The position numbers and the translations under genes were made by a program. DNA of 64,000 bases, taken from Octopus sinensis (lineage: Eukaryota). The notes below the pieces were generated by a model, which saw only the letters and a program-made list of their open reading frames with translations, did not search any database and had not been told where the DNA came from. The DNA lies in NCBI RefSeq assembly GCF_006345805.1, contig NC_043000.1, forward strand, positions 3,472,001 through 3,536,000, given 5' to 3'. Of the stretch, positions 63,346-64,000 are shown piece after piece (the first letter of the stretch is position 1; every line of letters begins with the position of its first letter).

Positions 63346-64000
63346 GAGACAAATAGATTATATCACTGATACAGATAAAGTACATACACAGCCACACACA
63401 TACAGTAGCAAAATGAAATGTTGAAAACAAAGATTTCTATTATCTCAAAACCACTTCATAGTTTCTTCTCTTTATAAACTGTTGGCCATCAAACACTATT
63501 GGCCATTGTTGAGATTTGTTTTATCTGTAACATCTTTACAATGTTAAACAGAAAAACAATGTGTTTAAGTGTGCACATACTCTGTAATGTCTCCATTTTA
63601 ATCAACTGCAGTTGTAATTTATTTCCTTAAATAATCTCAAATCACTGCTAAAGTAGACAAATATGTATGTGCCATGGCCTAACAAGAAATATTACACCAT
63701 TCCTCCTTATATCTTATGTCACAACTAATTAAGCTTAATTAAGAAGCTAGCATGCATATTAGAATGCTGCCAAAGTGCTTCAGAAGTAATTAAAACATTG
63801 CTTTTGTTCAATTGAATTAGGTCAACCTTAATCCAAAAGGTCCTTCTTTTTTACAGACAGTAAAATGGGAATTGAATGAAGTTTAGTTGTTATTTCTAGC
63901 AGGTTGAATTACAGTGTAGAGCTTCTCTCAGGTAAAGTACATTATTATGAGAAGACAACTAAAAGAAGAAATGCCAATTATATATTTTAAGATGTGAAAT

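Noticed and set aside
60900-64000. N-terminal AP1AR exons (MGNC..., EFENL)
   Set aside because: No convincing match with splice sites; they probably lie beyond the window.

Overview
AT-rich, repeat-saturated eukaryotic genomic DNA. The SINE, LINE and microsatellite content resembles octopus/cephalopod DNA (inference from recalled repeat families). The window is mostly the 3' part of one large minus-strand gene encoding a gadkin/AP1AR-like protein. Five canonical GT-AG exons (60744-60840, 43958-44124, 42704-42786, 32034-32135, 5722-5912) join in frame; introns reach ~26 kb. The N-terminal exon(s) were not found. Introns hold degenerate mariners, Helitrons, piggyBac- and hAT-type MITEs, R4/Dong-, CR1- and Tx1-like LINE pieces and three SINE families. 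Main observations: (1) an in-frame 81-nt candidate cassette exon lies inside a TTAA-flanked inverted-repeat element whose repeat covers the 3' splice site; (2) one SINE family is apparently all in one orientation and several retroelements are embedded in (AAT)n tracts; (3) several local templated insertions and fold-back inversions; (4) a mariner built from two 5' ends. Coordinates were counted by hand; repeat boundaries are approximate.
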